A stretch of DNA of 62,411 nucleotides, counting the filler, from Dehalococcoidia bacterium (GTDB lineage Bacteria > Chloroflexota > Dehalococcoidia > DSTF01 > RBG-16-68-14), in the NCBI GenBank assembly GCA_040882355.1. It is 3 parts of 3 records of this genome, joined end to end, with 100 filler letters (N's around TTAATTAATTAA, not from the genome) between each part and the next. Parts side by side here need not be neighbours in the genome. Positions count along the whole stretch, not along the records: positions 1 to 27,970 come from JBBEBM010000036.1; 2 more parts are not named here. One strand, 5' to 3'. The notes below the pieces were generated by a model that worked only from the letters and a program-made list of their open reading frames with translations, was not told the origin of the DNA and did not search any database. Position 1 is the stretch's first letter, and the number at the start of each line of letters is the position of its first letter. The translations under genes were made by a program, and so were the position numbers. Shown here one piece after another: positions 9,650 to 19,217 of this stretch.

Positions 9650-10537
9650 ATGGCTCTTACACTAAGCGAAGCGGGCAAGCTCTCGAACGACGTGCTCAAG
9701 GTGGGCGTGATCGAAACGGTGATCAAGGAAAGTCCGGTGTTGCAGACGCTGCCGTTCATCGAGATCGTTGGGAACGGCCTCACCTACAACCGGGAGAGTG
9801 TCGCAGCGGCGGCGGCCTTCTTCGATGTCGGCGATACGTGGACAGAGAGCACGCCGACGTTCACGCAGCAGACCGCGACGCTCAAGATCCTGGGCGGCGA
9901 TGCCGACGTCGACAACTTCCTGGTCGCCACGCGCAGCAACGTGCAGGACCTGGAGGCGGCGATCGTCCAGCTCAAGGCGAAGGCCGTCCAGCAGAAGTTC
10001 GACGACACGTTCGTCAACGGCGACGTCGGCGTGGACGCCAAGGCCTTCGATGGTATCGACAAGCTCACGACCTCGGGCCAGACGACAAGCATGGGGACGA
10101 ACGGCGGCACGCTCACGCTGGCCAAGCTGGATGAGCTGGTCGACCTGGTGCTGGGCGGCAAGCCGGACCTGCTGCTCATGAGCAAGCGGACGCGGCGCGC
10201 GCTCAACGGCCTGGCACGCACAGCGGGCGGCTTCCTGGAGACGGACCGCAACGAGTTTGGGCAGATGGTGCAGTTCTACGATGGCGTGCCCATCGGCATC
10301 TCCGACTACATCTCGGACGCCAAGACCGTCGGCACCAGCTCGGACTGCTCGACGATCTACGCGGTCCAGTTCGGCGAGGGCAGCGTCGCCGGCTTGACCG
10401 CGCCCGGCGGCCTGGAGGTGGAGCGCGTCGGCAGCCTGGAGACGCGCGACGCCACGCGGACGCGTGTGAAGTGGTACGTGGCGCTGGCGCTCTTCAACAC
10501 CCTGAAGCTGGCCAAGCTCACCGGCGTGCGGCCGTAA
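9650..10537 (+). CDS. Phage major capsid protein (HK97-like fold)
   Basis: MALTLSEAGKL...SPVLQTLPF..I.GNGLTYNRE...LGGDADVD.F...FVNGD...FDGI...YDGVPI...STIYAV.FG...RTRVKWY; GGAGGAGG RBS. Confidence 0.88.
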   Translation: MALTLSEAGKLSNDVLKVGVIETVIKESPVLQTLPFIEIVGNGLTYNRESVAAAAAFFDVGDTWTESTPTFTQQTATLKILGGDADVDNFLVATRSNVQDLEAAIVQLKAKAVQQKFDDTFVNGDVGVDAKAFDGIDKLTTSGQTTSMGTNGGTLTLAKLDELVDLVLGGKPDLLLMSKRTRRALNGLARTAGGFLETDRNEFGQMVQFYDGVPIGISDYISDAKTVGTSSDCSTIYAVQFGEGSVAGLTAPGGLEVERVGSLETRDATRTRVKWYVALALFNTLKLAKLTGVRP

Positions 10538-10558
10538 GCTTCAGTCGTCCGGCAGACT

Positions 10559-10597
10559 TAAGGGGAAGCCCTCCCTCTCGGCGAGGGCTTCCCCTTA
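10559..10597 (+). terminator. Hairpin after the capsid gene (probable terminator)
   Basis: Perfect 15-bp stem TAAGGGGAAGCCCTC/GAGGGCTTCCCCTTA. Confidence 0.7.
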
Positions 10598-10635
10598 TTC
10601 TGCGTCCGCGTCTCGTCTTGCTAGACTTAGCTGCC

Positions 10636-13305
10636 ATGCTACGTCGTTCGCTGATGTTTGCGGCGTTCCTGTTGCTGGCGTGCTTCGCATCATCCGCCGA
10701 TCCGAACCGCGCTGGCGCGTCTCGATCAGGTGCGGCTGCGGCGCTCATTACGGGCGAACGTCAGGCGGGCGGGCCCTCCTGTCCCGACGCGCTGGGCGAC
10801 CTGGCGCTCACCACGCCCGACAGCCAGGTGGCCGTGGAAGAGGAGGAGAACGGCGAGCCCTACCAGTTCTCGTTCTCGTGCCGCTACAGCGGAGGCGGCA
10901 TTAGAGCCTTTGTTGTGGCGTACTGGTCGCTGCGACAGGAGTCCATCCTGCTTACCGACCCCTGCGACGACCCCGGCGAGGTGCAGCAGAGCCCCGCCCT
11001 CGGAACGAGGGTGATCAGTTCGGGCCGCGTGGCCTACGTGAACTTCGACTTCGAGGTCACCGTTGAGGGCGCCGATCCGGAGCCGCTCGAAGGGCCGGCG
11101 GAAGCGGTGGCGCGGACGCTCCTGGCCGCCGTGGAGCCGATGGCCGCGCCGTGCGGAGCATCCGTGACGACCGTCACGCCTCCACCGCCGTTGCTGCCGC
11201 CTACCAACACGCCGCAGGAGCGTGGCGACTGCGCCTTCCGCGGCGTCGTCCGTGACGGAGGCGCTCGCCCGGACGGCCCGCCTGAACCGGAGGGCGATCC
11301 GCTCATCGGGGTGCGCATGTCGCTCCTCTTCAACGACACGGATGAAGAGGTACAGGTGGTCGCGAGCGACGACCAGGGCCGGTACGAGCTGTTCCTCGCC
11401 GAGAGCGATCTGCCGGCGGGCTTTGATCCGCAGACGAGCGACATTCGCGTTCGGTTGCGGCTGGAGGAGTACGCGCACAGCCCCTCGCGTTTCGCCATCA
11501 GCTCGGAAGGCCAACAGACGTCGTTGCTCAGCGATCCGATCATCCTGGCGAACGAGTGCGACGACGGCCTGGTTGAGCGCGACTTCCTCATCGCCGATCT
11601 GCCACCCGACTACTTCTACGAATGGCCGTTCGCCGACAAATGGGAAGCCCTTGCTGAGATCTACGATCGCGTCCACCGCGCTACGGCGCTGGCTGACCTG
11701 CTGCAGCAGCCGTTGGACTACGGTGGTCCGCTCATCATCAGCGCCTTCGCTAGCACCGTTGACGCCGGTGGCCAGCCGCTGGCCGACTTCGATGCGGCGT
11801 ACTGGCAGGGGTGCCTCTCGACCGGGCTCCAGTGCGACGAGCAGGTCTTCATTGCTCTGGGTCACGACACCAGTGAGCTGACGGATGGAGGCTGGCCCGA
11901 CAACCGCGAGTACCACGAGTTCGGCCACCACTTCCTCGCGGACGCCTTCAACAACGCGCAGCCGAGCAACCCCGGCGATGAGAACCATGCTGGCTACTAC
12001 GCCAACCCGAGCACGACCGACTCGTTCGGCGAAGGCTTCGCCGAGTTCTACTCGATGATGGTCTCGAAACACATCGACCGCCGTCCGGCGGCGCACTACT
12101 ATCGCGTCGAGGGCAGCTACTACGACATGGAGCTCGACTTCCGCCCCTGGCTCGGACTGGGAACCGCGGAAGAGCTTGGTATCGCCGGTTTGCTGCTTGA
12201 CCTCGAGGATGGCCCCGACGACTATGCCGTCGGCCGGGAGAACGCCGCCGTCGTCGTCGATTCGTACGACATCATCGATGACCCGGCCTACGGCCGCCTC
12301 ATCGTCGGCGAGGTGACGAATCGCGCTGATGCTCTTGAGTACAGCCAGCAGACAATGGTCGCCGCCGTCTTCCGCGATGAGGCGGACAACCAGGTGGACG
12401 TCGGATACGGAGTCACCGTGCCCTGGGACATCCCGGGTGGTGAAACCGCCTTCTTCCCGATCGCGTTCCCTGAGGATCTCGTCTACGACTCTGTGGAGGT
12501 CGTCGCCTTCGAAGGCCATCCCGGCAACGTGCTCACGGATGACGACCCCGTCGACCTCGATCTGCAGGAGGTCTGGGATACGATACGCGGCTACACGAGC
12601 GAGCACCCCAACAGCAACGGCTTCCTGTTCGACGTCGCCGACCTCTACGCCGCGTTCAGCGCGGCGCAGGGCCGGATGGACAACGATGGCGACGGCGTTG
12701 ACGACGTCGACCAGGTCTTCCGCGCCCATGGCTTCTTCGCCGATGTCGATGGGGATCGCAGCTTCAGCAACGACGCTGAGCTCGGCCGCACCGACCACCC
12801 CGCCTTTGAAGCGTTTCCGGCGCGCGTTCCTCGCCGCGATCTGCCGCCCATGCCTGGCAGTCTTGCCGCAATCACCGGGGCGGCGGCGGGAACCCGCGTC
12901 CTCGTGCAGGCGTCGCTTCCGGCGCCGAACGAGTACAGCGGCTATGCCTACGTTACGACCCCAGATGACGAGGGGTACGTCCACGTCACCGTCCCGCCGC
13001 CCGAATACGAGGCGACGGTAACCCTGATCGCCTTCGACGAGGGCAATTCCGCCACCCGGATCATTGGCGAGATCGATGGCGCAGCCTTCTGGGACCGGGT
13101 CGAGGCGAACGGCGGCGAGCCGTTCCTGACCTTCGACGCCGGCGGCCCGGCTGGTAGCAGCGTGCTTCCCGCCAATGACGATGGCGATGGCGGCTCTGAT
13201 TTACTCTGGCCCCTCCTTGGTGGCGCCGCCGCGGTGGTGATCGTGGGTTTCGTCGGCGCGTACCTCGCCTACCGTCGCAGGAAGCGCCTGCCGCTCTCGC
13301 CGTAA
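10636..13305 (+). CDS. Large secreted, C-terminally anchored putative zinc metallopeptidase with an FxLYD-like domain
   Basis: Signal peptide; HEFGH with a downstream EGFAEF; IVGEVTN..VAAVFRD; DNDGDGVDD; C-terminal TM helix followed by RRRKR. Confidence 0.7.
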   Translation: MLRRSLMFAAFLLLACFASSADPNRAGASRSGAAAALITGERQAGGPSCPDALGDLALTTPDSQVAVEEEENGEPYQFSFSCRYSGGGIRAFVVAYWSLRQESILLTDPCDDPGEVQQSPALGTRVISSGRVAYVNFDFEVTVEGADPEPLEGPAEAVARTLLAAVEPMAAPCGASVTTVTPPPPLLPPTNTPQERGDCAFRGVVRDGGARPDGPPEPEGDPLIGVRMSLLFNDTDEEVQVVASDDQGRYELFLAESDLPAGFDPQTSDIRVRLRLEEYAHSPSRFAISSEGQQTSLLSDPIILANECDDGLVERDFLIADLPPDYFYEWPFADKWEALAEIYDRVHRATALADLLQQPLDYGGPLIISAFASTVDAGGQPLADFDAAYWQGCLSTGLQCDEQVFIALGHDTSELTDGGWPDNREYHEFGHHFLADAFNNAQPSNPGDENHAGYYANPSTTDSFGEGFAEFYSMMVSKHIDRRPAAHYYRVEGSYYDMELDFRPWLGLGTAEELGIAGLLLDLEDGPDDYAVGRENAAVVVDSYDIIDDPAYGRLIVGEVTNRADALEYSQQTMVAAVFRDEADNQVDVGYGVTVPWDIPGGETAFFPIAFPEDLVYDSVEVVAFEGHPGNVLTDDDPVDLDLQEVWDTIRGYTSEHPNSNGFLFDVADLYAAFSAAQGRMDNDGDGVDDVDQVFRAHGFFADVDGDRSFSNDAELGRTDHPAFEAFPARVPRRDLPPMPGSLAAITGAAAGTRVLVQASLPAPNEYSGYAYVTTPDDEGYVHVTVPPPEYEATVTLIAFDEGNSATRIIGEIDGAAFWDRVEANGGEPFLTFDAGGPAGSSVLPANDDGDGGSDLLWPLLGGAAAVVIVGFVGAYLAYRRRKRLPLSP

Positions 13306-13336
13306 GCGTCCCGGGGCAGCCCTTCCGACTCTTCGG

Positions 13337-13379
13337 GTGCCAACGCCGCCTTCGCGCTTCCCGCGGGAGAGCGTACCCT
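13337..13379 (+). promoter_or_regulatory. Shared particle-gene promoter, copy 3 (GTGCCA-N8-TTCGCG-N17-TACCCT), nearly leaderless
   Basis: Same spacing as the other two copies; ATG follows 9 nt after the -10 element. Confidence 0.7.
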
Positions 13380-13388
13380 CGTTTCACC

Positions 13389-14024
13389 ATGAACCTGCCT
13401 GAGATGCGCGCACGGGTCCGCCGCGACCTCCACGACGAAGAGCCGGCCAGCCAGCGCTGGCGCGACCCAGAGCTCGATAGGCACATCGCGAGGGCGGTGC
13501 AGGAAGCGAGCGTCGCATCGCCCCAAGAGGTGAAGTCGACGCTGACGACGACGGCCGGCAGCCGCGACCTCGACATCAGCAGCCTGAGCGGCCGCGTCAG
13601 CATCGAGGCCGTCGAGCACCCGACAGGCCAGTTCCCGCCGTCGTACGTCCGCTTCTCGGTGTGGGGCGACACGCTCACGCTGCTGCTCGACTCGCCGCCC
13701 GCCGGCGCCGAGCAGGTCGCGGTGTACTACGGGGCGCTGCACAGCCTCGACGCGACGGGCTCGACCCTGCCCGCGGCCCTGGAGGACGTCGTGGCGACGG
13801 GCGCCGCGGCGTACGCCGCGCTCGCCTGGGCCAGCTTCGCCACGAATCGGGTGAACGCCGGCGGCGACGAGACCTGGCGCAACTACCTCGTCTTCGGGCA
13901 GGAACGGCTGGCCGCCTTCGCGCAGGCGCTCGCGGAGCAGGGCCGGAAGGGCGTCGTGCGCGCGCGACAGCTCTACACGCCCGCCGGGCCGGCGCCCATC
14001 CAGTCCAGCGGCGGGCTGGCCTAG
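13389..14024 (+). CDS. Putative phage head-completion/head-tail adaptor protein
   Basis: MNLPEMRARVRRDLHD...W.D.EL...I..A N-terminal helices resemble phage adaptor proteins; capsid context. Confidence 0.55.
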   Translation: MNLPEMRARVRRDLHDEEPASQRWRDPELDRHIARAVQEASVASPQEVKSTLTTTAGSRDLDISSLSGRVSIEAVEHPTGQFPPSYVRFSVWGDTLTLLLDSPPAGAEQVAVYYGALHSLDATGSTLPAALEDVVATGAAAYAALAWASFATNRVNAGGDETWRNYLVFGQERLAAFAQALAEQGRKGVVRARQLYTPAGPAPIQSSGGLA

Positions 14025-14039
14025 CCGACACGAGCACCC

Positions 14040-16036
14040 GTGCGCACGCTCACGCCCACGTTGCTCGCCGCTCAAATGGAGCCGAGCGCCGTCCCGTTCG
14101 TCAAGGTGACGCTGCGCGACCGCGTCGCGGATGTGCCGCGCTTGCGCTGGGAGCGCCTCTACACCGGCAGCGAGGCCGACCGCTATCACGCCGCCGTCAT
14201 GCCGGGCGACGGCTCGTTGCTACGGGCGCGCATCGACCCGAGCGGCCCGACGCTCCGCTACCAGCGCGTCGCGAGCCCGGGACCGGGTGCCGCCTTCGAC
14301 TCGTGGACGGACCTGGATGACACGGCAGATGCCGGCGTCGCGATCGCGGCGTCAGGTGCGCATGTGCTGCTCGCATACGTCGCGCCGAACGGCATCCACA
14401 TCCGCATCCGCGAGAGCAGCGACAACGGCGCGACGCTTGGGTCGGTCGAGACGGCGGTCGGCGCGTCCGCGACGGTCGGCTGGCTGGCCGCCGCTATCAA
14501 GAGCGACGGCGTGGCGCTGCTCGTCTACTCGGCGGGCGGCGCCGTGTACACGGCGAAACGCGTGTCGGGATCGTGGGGTTCGTCCGTCGCGTGGCCTCAC
14601 AGCGCCGGCCAGATCACCGGCCTCGCGGTGACGCGACCGGGCGACTACGACCTCGCGATCGCCGGCGTCGACACGGGCGGCGCTGCGCGGCTGTGGACGG
14701 CGACGTACGGCGACGGCTTCGGCCAGACCGTCGACACTTGGTCGGCGCTGCGCGAGGTGGCGAAGGCGGACAGCGGCTCGGCTGTCGGGCTGCGCGCGCC
14801 CAGCCTCGGCGCGCTCGACACGCACCGGCTGTTCTTCGTCGAGGAGTATACGGGCAGCGTCGCCTACTCGCGGCCGTACTGGACGTGGTCTTCGCCGGGC
14901 CAGACGCTCGCCGAGAACGCGTGGCGGGAGCCCGTGCCCTTCGACCTGAGCAGCTCCTATGGCGTCGCGCTCACGGGCTCGGGTGCGAAGGCCTGGCTCT
15001 CGACGCCGGCCGGCGTCTGGCGTTCGCCGCTGGCGACGCCGGAGCTGGACGTGAGCGATGACGTGCTCGAACTGGCGACCGAGACGCGCCGCGCGTCAGG
15101 CCGCGCGCGCGTCGTGCTGCGCAACGACGATGGTCGTTACAACGCGCTGCCCGCCACAATCCGAGCAGGCGCGGAGCTGGCGATCAGCTCCGGCTACGTC
15201 TCCGATGTCGGCGTGGAGGTCTCGGCCGGGCCGCGCCACTGGGTGCAGGGCTGGGAGTACGCGTCGTCTGGTGGCGAGGCGACGCTCACGCTGCTTGCCG
15301 CCGACGCCTGGTCGCTGGTCGAGGCGTGGCGGGCGCGGCGCCAGTACGAATGGTCCGCGGGCAGCGAAAGCGTAGCGCAGGTCCTGCGCTTCGTTTCCGG
15401 TCGGGCGGGCGTGGGGGGGGGGGGGGGGGGGGGGCCCCCCCCCCNNNNNNNNNNGGGGGCGCCTGCTCGACCGCCACCGGCCACCGGCCCGCTTTCACCA
15501 TCCATCCCGGCGAGGACGGCCTTCGCGTCGTTCAGCGCCTCCTCGCGCTGACGCCCGATGTCGTGCTCGTGTCGGGCGCTGCCGCGCTGCTCTTCGAGCC
15601 GCTCGCCGGCGATGCTGCCGTCGCTGCTTACGGCATGGACCAGCCGATCCTGCGCGCGCGCTTCGCCTCCGCGGGGCTGCGCGCGAACCGGGTCCAGGTC
15701 TTCGGGCAAGGCGTAGTCGCCGAGAGCTTCGACTGGGACGACGTCGCCGACCGGCTCGACGGGCTGCGCCAGGTGCATGACCTCAACCTGTCATCGACAT
15801 CGCTGGCAACCGCCCGGGCGACGGCGTCGCTGCGCCAGGAGGAGCTGTCGCTGTCGCGCGGCGAGCTGGTCGCGCCCGTGCACTGCGGCCTGGAGCTGTA
15901 CGACGTGGTCTCGGTGACCGACCCGCGGGCCGGTCTGGCAAGCGCGACCTTCAGGGTTGCTGGCCTTGACCTGCGCTACGTTCGTCGGGCCCGCTCGCCC
16001 GTGTACGAGCAGCGGCTGCTCCTGGGCAGCGTGTGA
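14040..16036 (+). CDS. Putative virion structural protein: beta-rich N-terminal domain plus baseplate/tail-hub-like C-terminal domain (interrupted by a scaffold gap)
   Basis: ORFs 14040-15551 and 15326-16036 join across the poly-G/C and N gap at about 15413-15459; GRARVVLRNDDGRY and GLELYDVVSVTD...FRVAGLDLRY...YEQRLLL resemble hub proteins. Confidence 0.55.
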
Positions 16037-16045
16037 GGTGGGGCG

Positions 16046-16258
16046 ATGACGGTGCGACGAGGGATAATGAAGGCGTTCGACGGCACGAGCTACACGGCGA
16101 CGGTGCAGGTAGTGGGGAGCCTGGCGGTCTGGCTGACGGGCGTCGCCGTCGCGCGGAATATCGCCTCGGCCGAGCTCGTGGCGGGTCGCCGCTGCGCCGT
16201 TCTCTTCTTCGACGACCAGAACCCCCAGGACGCCGTTGTGATCGCGGTGTACACCTAG
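16046..16258 (+). CDS. Small OB-fold-like protein, putative spike/baseplate component
   Basis: 70 aa, G.MKAFD..SYTATVQ...WLTGVAV...GRRCAVLF.D..P.DAVVIAV, resembling the gpV/gp5 N-terminal OB domain. Confidence 0.5.
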   Translation: MTVRRGIMKAFDGTSYTATVQVVGSLAVWLTGVAVARNIASAELVAGRRCAVLFFDDQNPQDAVVIAVYT

Positions 16259-16377
16259 GCGCGCTGGAATCGATGCTCCAGAGCAGGGTGGTATAATGGC
16301 GGCCGAGATGGCCTGTCTGAGCAAGGAAGCTACCCCTCTTACTCCGCTGGCCAAGCCGAGCCTCTCGTCTGCGCACC

Positions 16378-17412
16378 ATGACCTCTGACCGCATCCTCGC
16401 AGGCGCGCCCAGGGACGAGGACGAGCCGTTCGAGACGTCGCTTCGCCCGCGACGGCTCGAGGACTACGTCGGCCAGGACAAGGTCAAGGAGAACCTGCGC
16501 ATCGGCATCGCCGCGGCACAGCAGCGCGGCGAGCCGCTCGACCACGTCCTGCTCTACGGCCCGCCCGGTCTGGGCAAGACGACGCTGGCTAACATCATCG
16601 CAGGCGAGATGGGGGTGAGCATCCGCACCACCTCCGGTCCTGCGATCGAGCGGCCGGGCGACCTCGCCGCGATCCTCACGAACCTCCAGCCCGACGACGT
16701 GCTCTTCATCGACGAAGTGCACCGGCTTGCTCGCGCCGTCGAGGAGATCCTCTACCCCGCGATGGAGGACTACGCGCTCGACCTCGTGCTCGGCAAGGGG
16801 CCGGGCGCGCGCAGCGTGCGCCTGGCGCTGCCGCGCTTCACGCTCATCGGCGCGACGACGCGCTACGCCATGATGAGCGCGCCCCTGCGCGATCGCTTCG
16901 GCGCCGTCTACCGCCTCGACTTCTACGATGTTGAAGCCATCGCCACGATCTTGCAGCGCTCGGCGCAGATCCTCGGCGTCGAGCTGGACGACGACGGCAG
17001 GATGGAGATCGCTCGCCGGTCGCGCGGGACGCCGCGGGTGGCGAACCGGCTGCTCAAGCGCGTCCGCGACTTCGCCCAAGTGATGGCGGACGGCTCGATC
17101 ACGTCTGACGTGGCGAGCGAGGCGCTGACGCGGCTCGAGATCGACAAGCTCGGCCTGGACGAGGTCGACCACAAAGTGCTGCGCGCGATCGTCGACAAGT
17201 TCAACGGCGGCCCGGTGGGCCTCGAGACGCTCGCCGCCTCGATCTCCGAGGAAGCCGACACGATCATGGACGTCTACGAGCCGTACCTCCTCCAGCTCGG
17301 CTTCCTCCACCGCACGCCGCGCGGCCGCGTCGCCACGCGCTCTGCGTACGAGCACCTGGGCGTGCCACCGCATGGGCGTACCCCCGGCGGTCAGGGCAGC
17401 CTCTTCGAGTGA
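16378..17412 (+). CDS. ruvB: Holliday junction branch migration helicase RuvB
   Basis: [35 protein letters not shown] and EPYLLQ motifs. Confidence 0.98.
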   Translation: MTSDRILAGAPRDEDEPFETSLRPRRLEDYVGQDKVKENLRIGIAAAQQRGEPLDHVLLYGPPGLGKTTLANIIAGEMGVSIRTTSGPAIERPGDLAAILTNLQPDDVLFIDEVHRLARAVEEILYPAMEDYALDLVLGKGPGARSVRLALPRFTLIGATTRYAMMSAPLRDRFGAVYRLDFYDVEAIATILQRSAQILGVELDDDGRMEIARRSRGTPRVANRLLKRVRDFAQVMADGSITSDVASEALTRLEIDKLGLDEVDHKVLRAIVDKFNGGPVGLETLAASISEEADTIMDVYEPYLLQLGFLHRTPRGRVATRSAYEHLGVPPHGRTPGGQGSLFE

Positions 17413-17454
17413 CGCCGCGTTGCCGCCCCGCCGTGGCGATGGCACACTAAGAAG

Positions 17455-18654
17455 ATGGACGCCTCGTATCCGCTGGGTGCGCAAGCCAGAGCGCGGGTGC
17501 GACCGAGGTTCGCCGCCCTGCGTCGCGGCTGGCCGCTCGCGCTGGCGCTGGCGGTGATCGCAGTGCTGGGTGCGGGCTTTGTGTTTTCTCCGTACGGCCG
17601 CGCGGCAACGGTATCCGCGCTCGTGCTGCCCGACATGCTCGTCGATCTGCCGGTGCGGCCGATCACGTGGGTGACGCCGGAGCCGGTCGTCGAGCACACC
17701 GTTATCGACTACGGCTCCGGGTCGATGGTGGCCGACATCTACCGCCCGGGTGACGGTGAGCGCCACGGCGCTGTCGTCTTCTCGATGGGTGCGCCGCCAC
17801 TCGACCTCGATGACTCGCGCCTCGTGAAGCTGGGCAAGGACGTGGCGCGTGCGGGACTGGTGATGGTCGTGCCGTTCTCGGAGCGGCTCGACGCGGAGAT
17901 GATCGAGCCGGAGGAGGCGGACGCGCTTGCCGGCGTGTTCGACTACGCGGCCGGCCAGCCCTACGTCGACCCGGACCGCGTCGGCTATATCGGCGTTAGC
18001 GTTGGTGGCTCGCTCGCGCTGCTGGCGGCCGCTGATCCGCGCATCGCCGACCGCGTCGACTACGTCGTGAGCTTCGGCGGCTACTATGATGGACTCGATA
18101 TTCTGGTGGCGGTCGCGTCGCGCGACATCGCCTACGACGGACAGGCGGAGGAGTGGGACCCGGACCCCCACACCGTGCGCGTCATCGCCCGCCAGATCAT
18201 CGTGGAGCTGCCGGACGCTAACGATCGCGCCGTGCTAACGAGGGCGTTCGTGCGGCACCGGGACGTGAGCGAGGCGGAGGTGGAGGGCCTGACGCCGGAA
18301 GGTCTTGCTGTCTACGAGTTCATGACGAGCGCTGACGAGGCTGAGGCGTTGGCGCTACGCGATCGGCTCCCGCCTGCCGTGCTCACGAAGATGGCGCGCC
18401 TCTCGCCGAGCCGGTCGATCGACGATGTCAAGGCGGAGCTGTTTATCATCCACGACAAGGGCGACAAGTTCATCCCGTACGTGGAGTCGCGGCGCCTGCG
18501 CGATGCGCTCGCGAGCCGGGGAGACGCGCACTTCACGGAGGTGTCGCTCTTCGAACACGTTGAGCCGCGCCTGAGCCGTGGCGGCGATGTGCTCGTCCTC
18601 GACGGCGCGCGGCTGTACTTCCGGCTCTACCAGTTGCTGCTGAAGTTGTCTTGA
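17455..18654 (+). CDS. Membrane-anchored alpha/beta hydrolase
   Basis: N-terminal TM helix; GVSVGG nucleophile motif; IIHDKGDKFIP. Confidence 0.75.
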   Translation: MDASYPLGAQARARVRPRFAALRRGWPLALALAVIAVLGAGFVFSPYGRAATVSALVLPDMLVDLPVRPITWVTPEPVVEHTVIDYGSGSMVADIYRPGDGERHGAVVFSMGAPPLDLDDSRLVKLGKDVARAGLVMVVPFSERLDAEMIEPEEADALAGVFDYAAGQPYVDPDRVGYIGVSVGGSLALLAAADPRIADRVDYVVSFGGYYDGLDILVAVASRDIAYDGQAEEWDPDPHTVRVIARQIIVELPDANDRAVLTRAFVRHRDVSEAEVEGLTPEGLAVYEFMTSADEAEALALRDRLPPAVLTKMARLSPSRSIDDVKAELFIIHDKGDKFIPYVESRRLRDALASRGDAHFTEVSLFEHVEPRLSRGGDVLVLDGARLYFRLYQLLLKLS

Positions 18655-18722
18655 CGAGCCGGCGGGGGGGNNNNNNNNNNCCCCCCCCCCCCCCCTCGAC
18701 GCCGCTCCGCGCGCTGTCCCCG

Positions 18723-18956
18723 CTACTGTCGCTGACGCGCGGACCGAACGGGGCCCCCGGGTTGCGCCTCTTCGGTGCCCTCAGGTTTGGGAACACCATT
18801 GTCCTGCCCCGGCGCTAACTCCTCGCGGACGATCTCCAGGTTCTCCGGCGCCTCGATACCGAGCTTCACGCGACGCTTGCCGATGCTCAGCACCTTGATA
18901 AAGATGCGACCGTCAATCCAGAAGCCTTCTTGGAGTTTCCGATCGAGGACTAACAT
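18723..18956 (-). CDS. csrA: Carbon storage regulator CsrA
   Basis: MLVLDRK..E...I...I.IKVL......VKLGIEAP..LEIVREEL. Confidence 0.9.
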   Translation of the reverse strand: MLVLDRKLQEGFWIDGRIFIKVLSIGKRRVKLGIEAPENLEIVREELAPGQDNGVPKPEGTEEAQPGGPVRSARQRQ

Positions 18957-19217
18957 CCATGCATCCTCCCCTCCCCCCTGGTGGGACGGCACAGCGCCAC
19001 CGCTGCTTCGTCCCGCCTCACCACACTTCTGCCCCTCCTGCCCAAGGGCGGCCACCGTCGGATCCAGCTTCGGGCCTTGACGTATCCCCCACAGATACGG
19101 TAGTAGAAGTTTGTTACCGGACGCCCGACGCTAGATTGTTGATACACATATTCCACTACAGGATTTCTTATACCAGCATTGTACTTCATATATTAGCGCA
19201 CCGCAAGGCCGCTGGAG

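Noticed and set aside
10726..12984. Long antisense ORFs (also 16339-18171, 26486-28018, 32617-34215, 47515-49251)
   Set aside because: They are shadows of real genes caused by high GC3 codon bias and have no recognisable motifs.
15413..15459. Apparent frameshift and poly-G/poly-C tract in the hub-like gene (possible phase variation)
   Set aside because: It flanks a 10-N scaffold gap. The same low-complexity G/C runs occur at 1-40 and 18661-18694, so it is probably low-quality sequence.
7511..16258. Intact prophage or classical encapsulin
   Set aside because: No integrase, att site, replication, packaging or lysis genes are in view. The scaffold, adaptor and hub-like partners do not fit an encapsulin-cargo operon.
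16378..17412. ruvB without adjacent ruvA or ruvC
   Set aside because: Separation of the ruv genes is common and not informative by itself.
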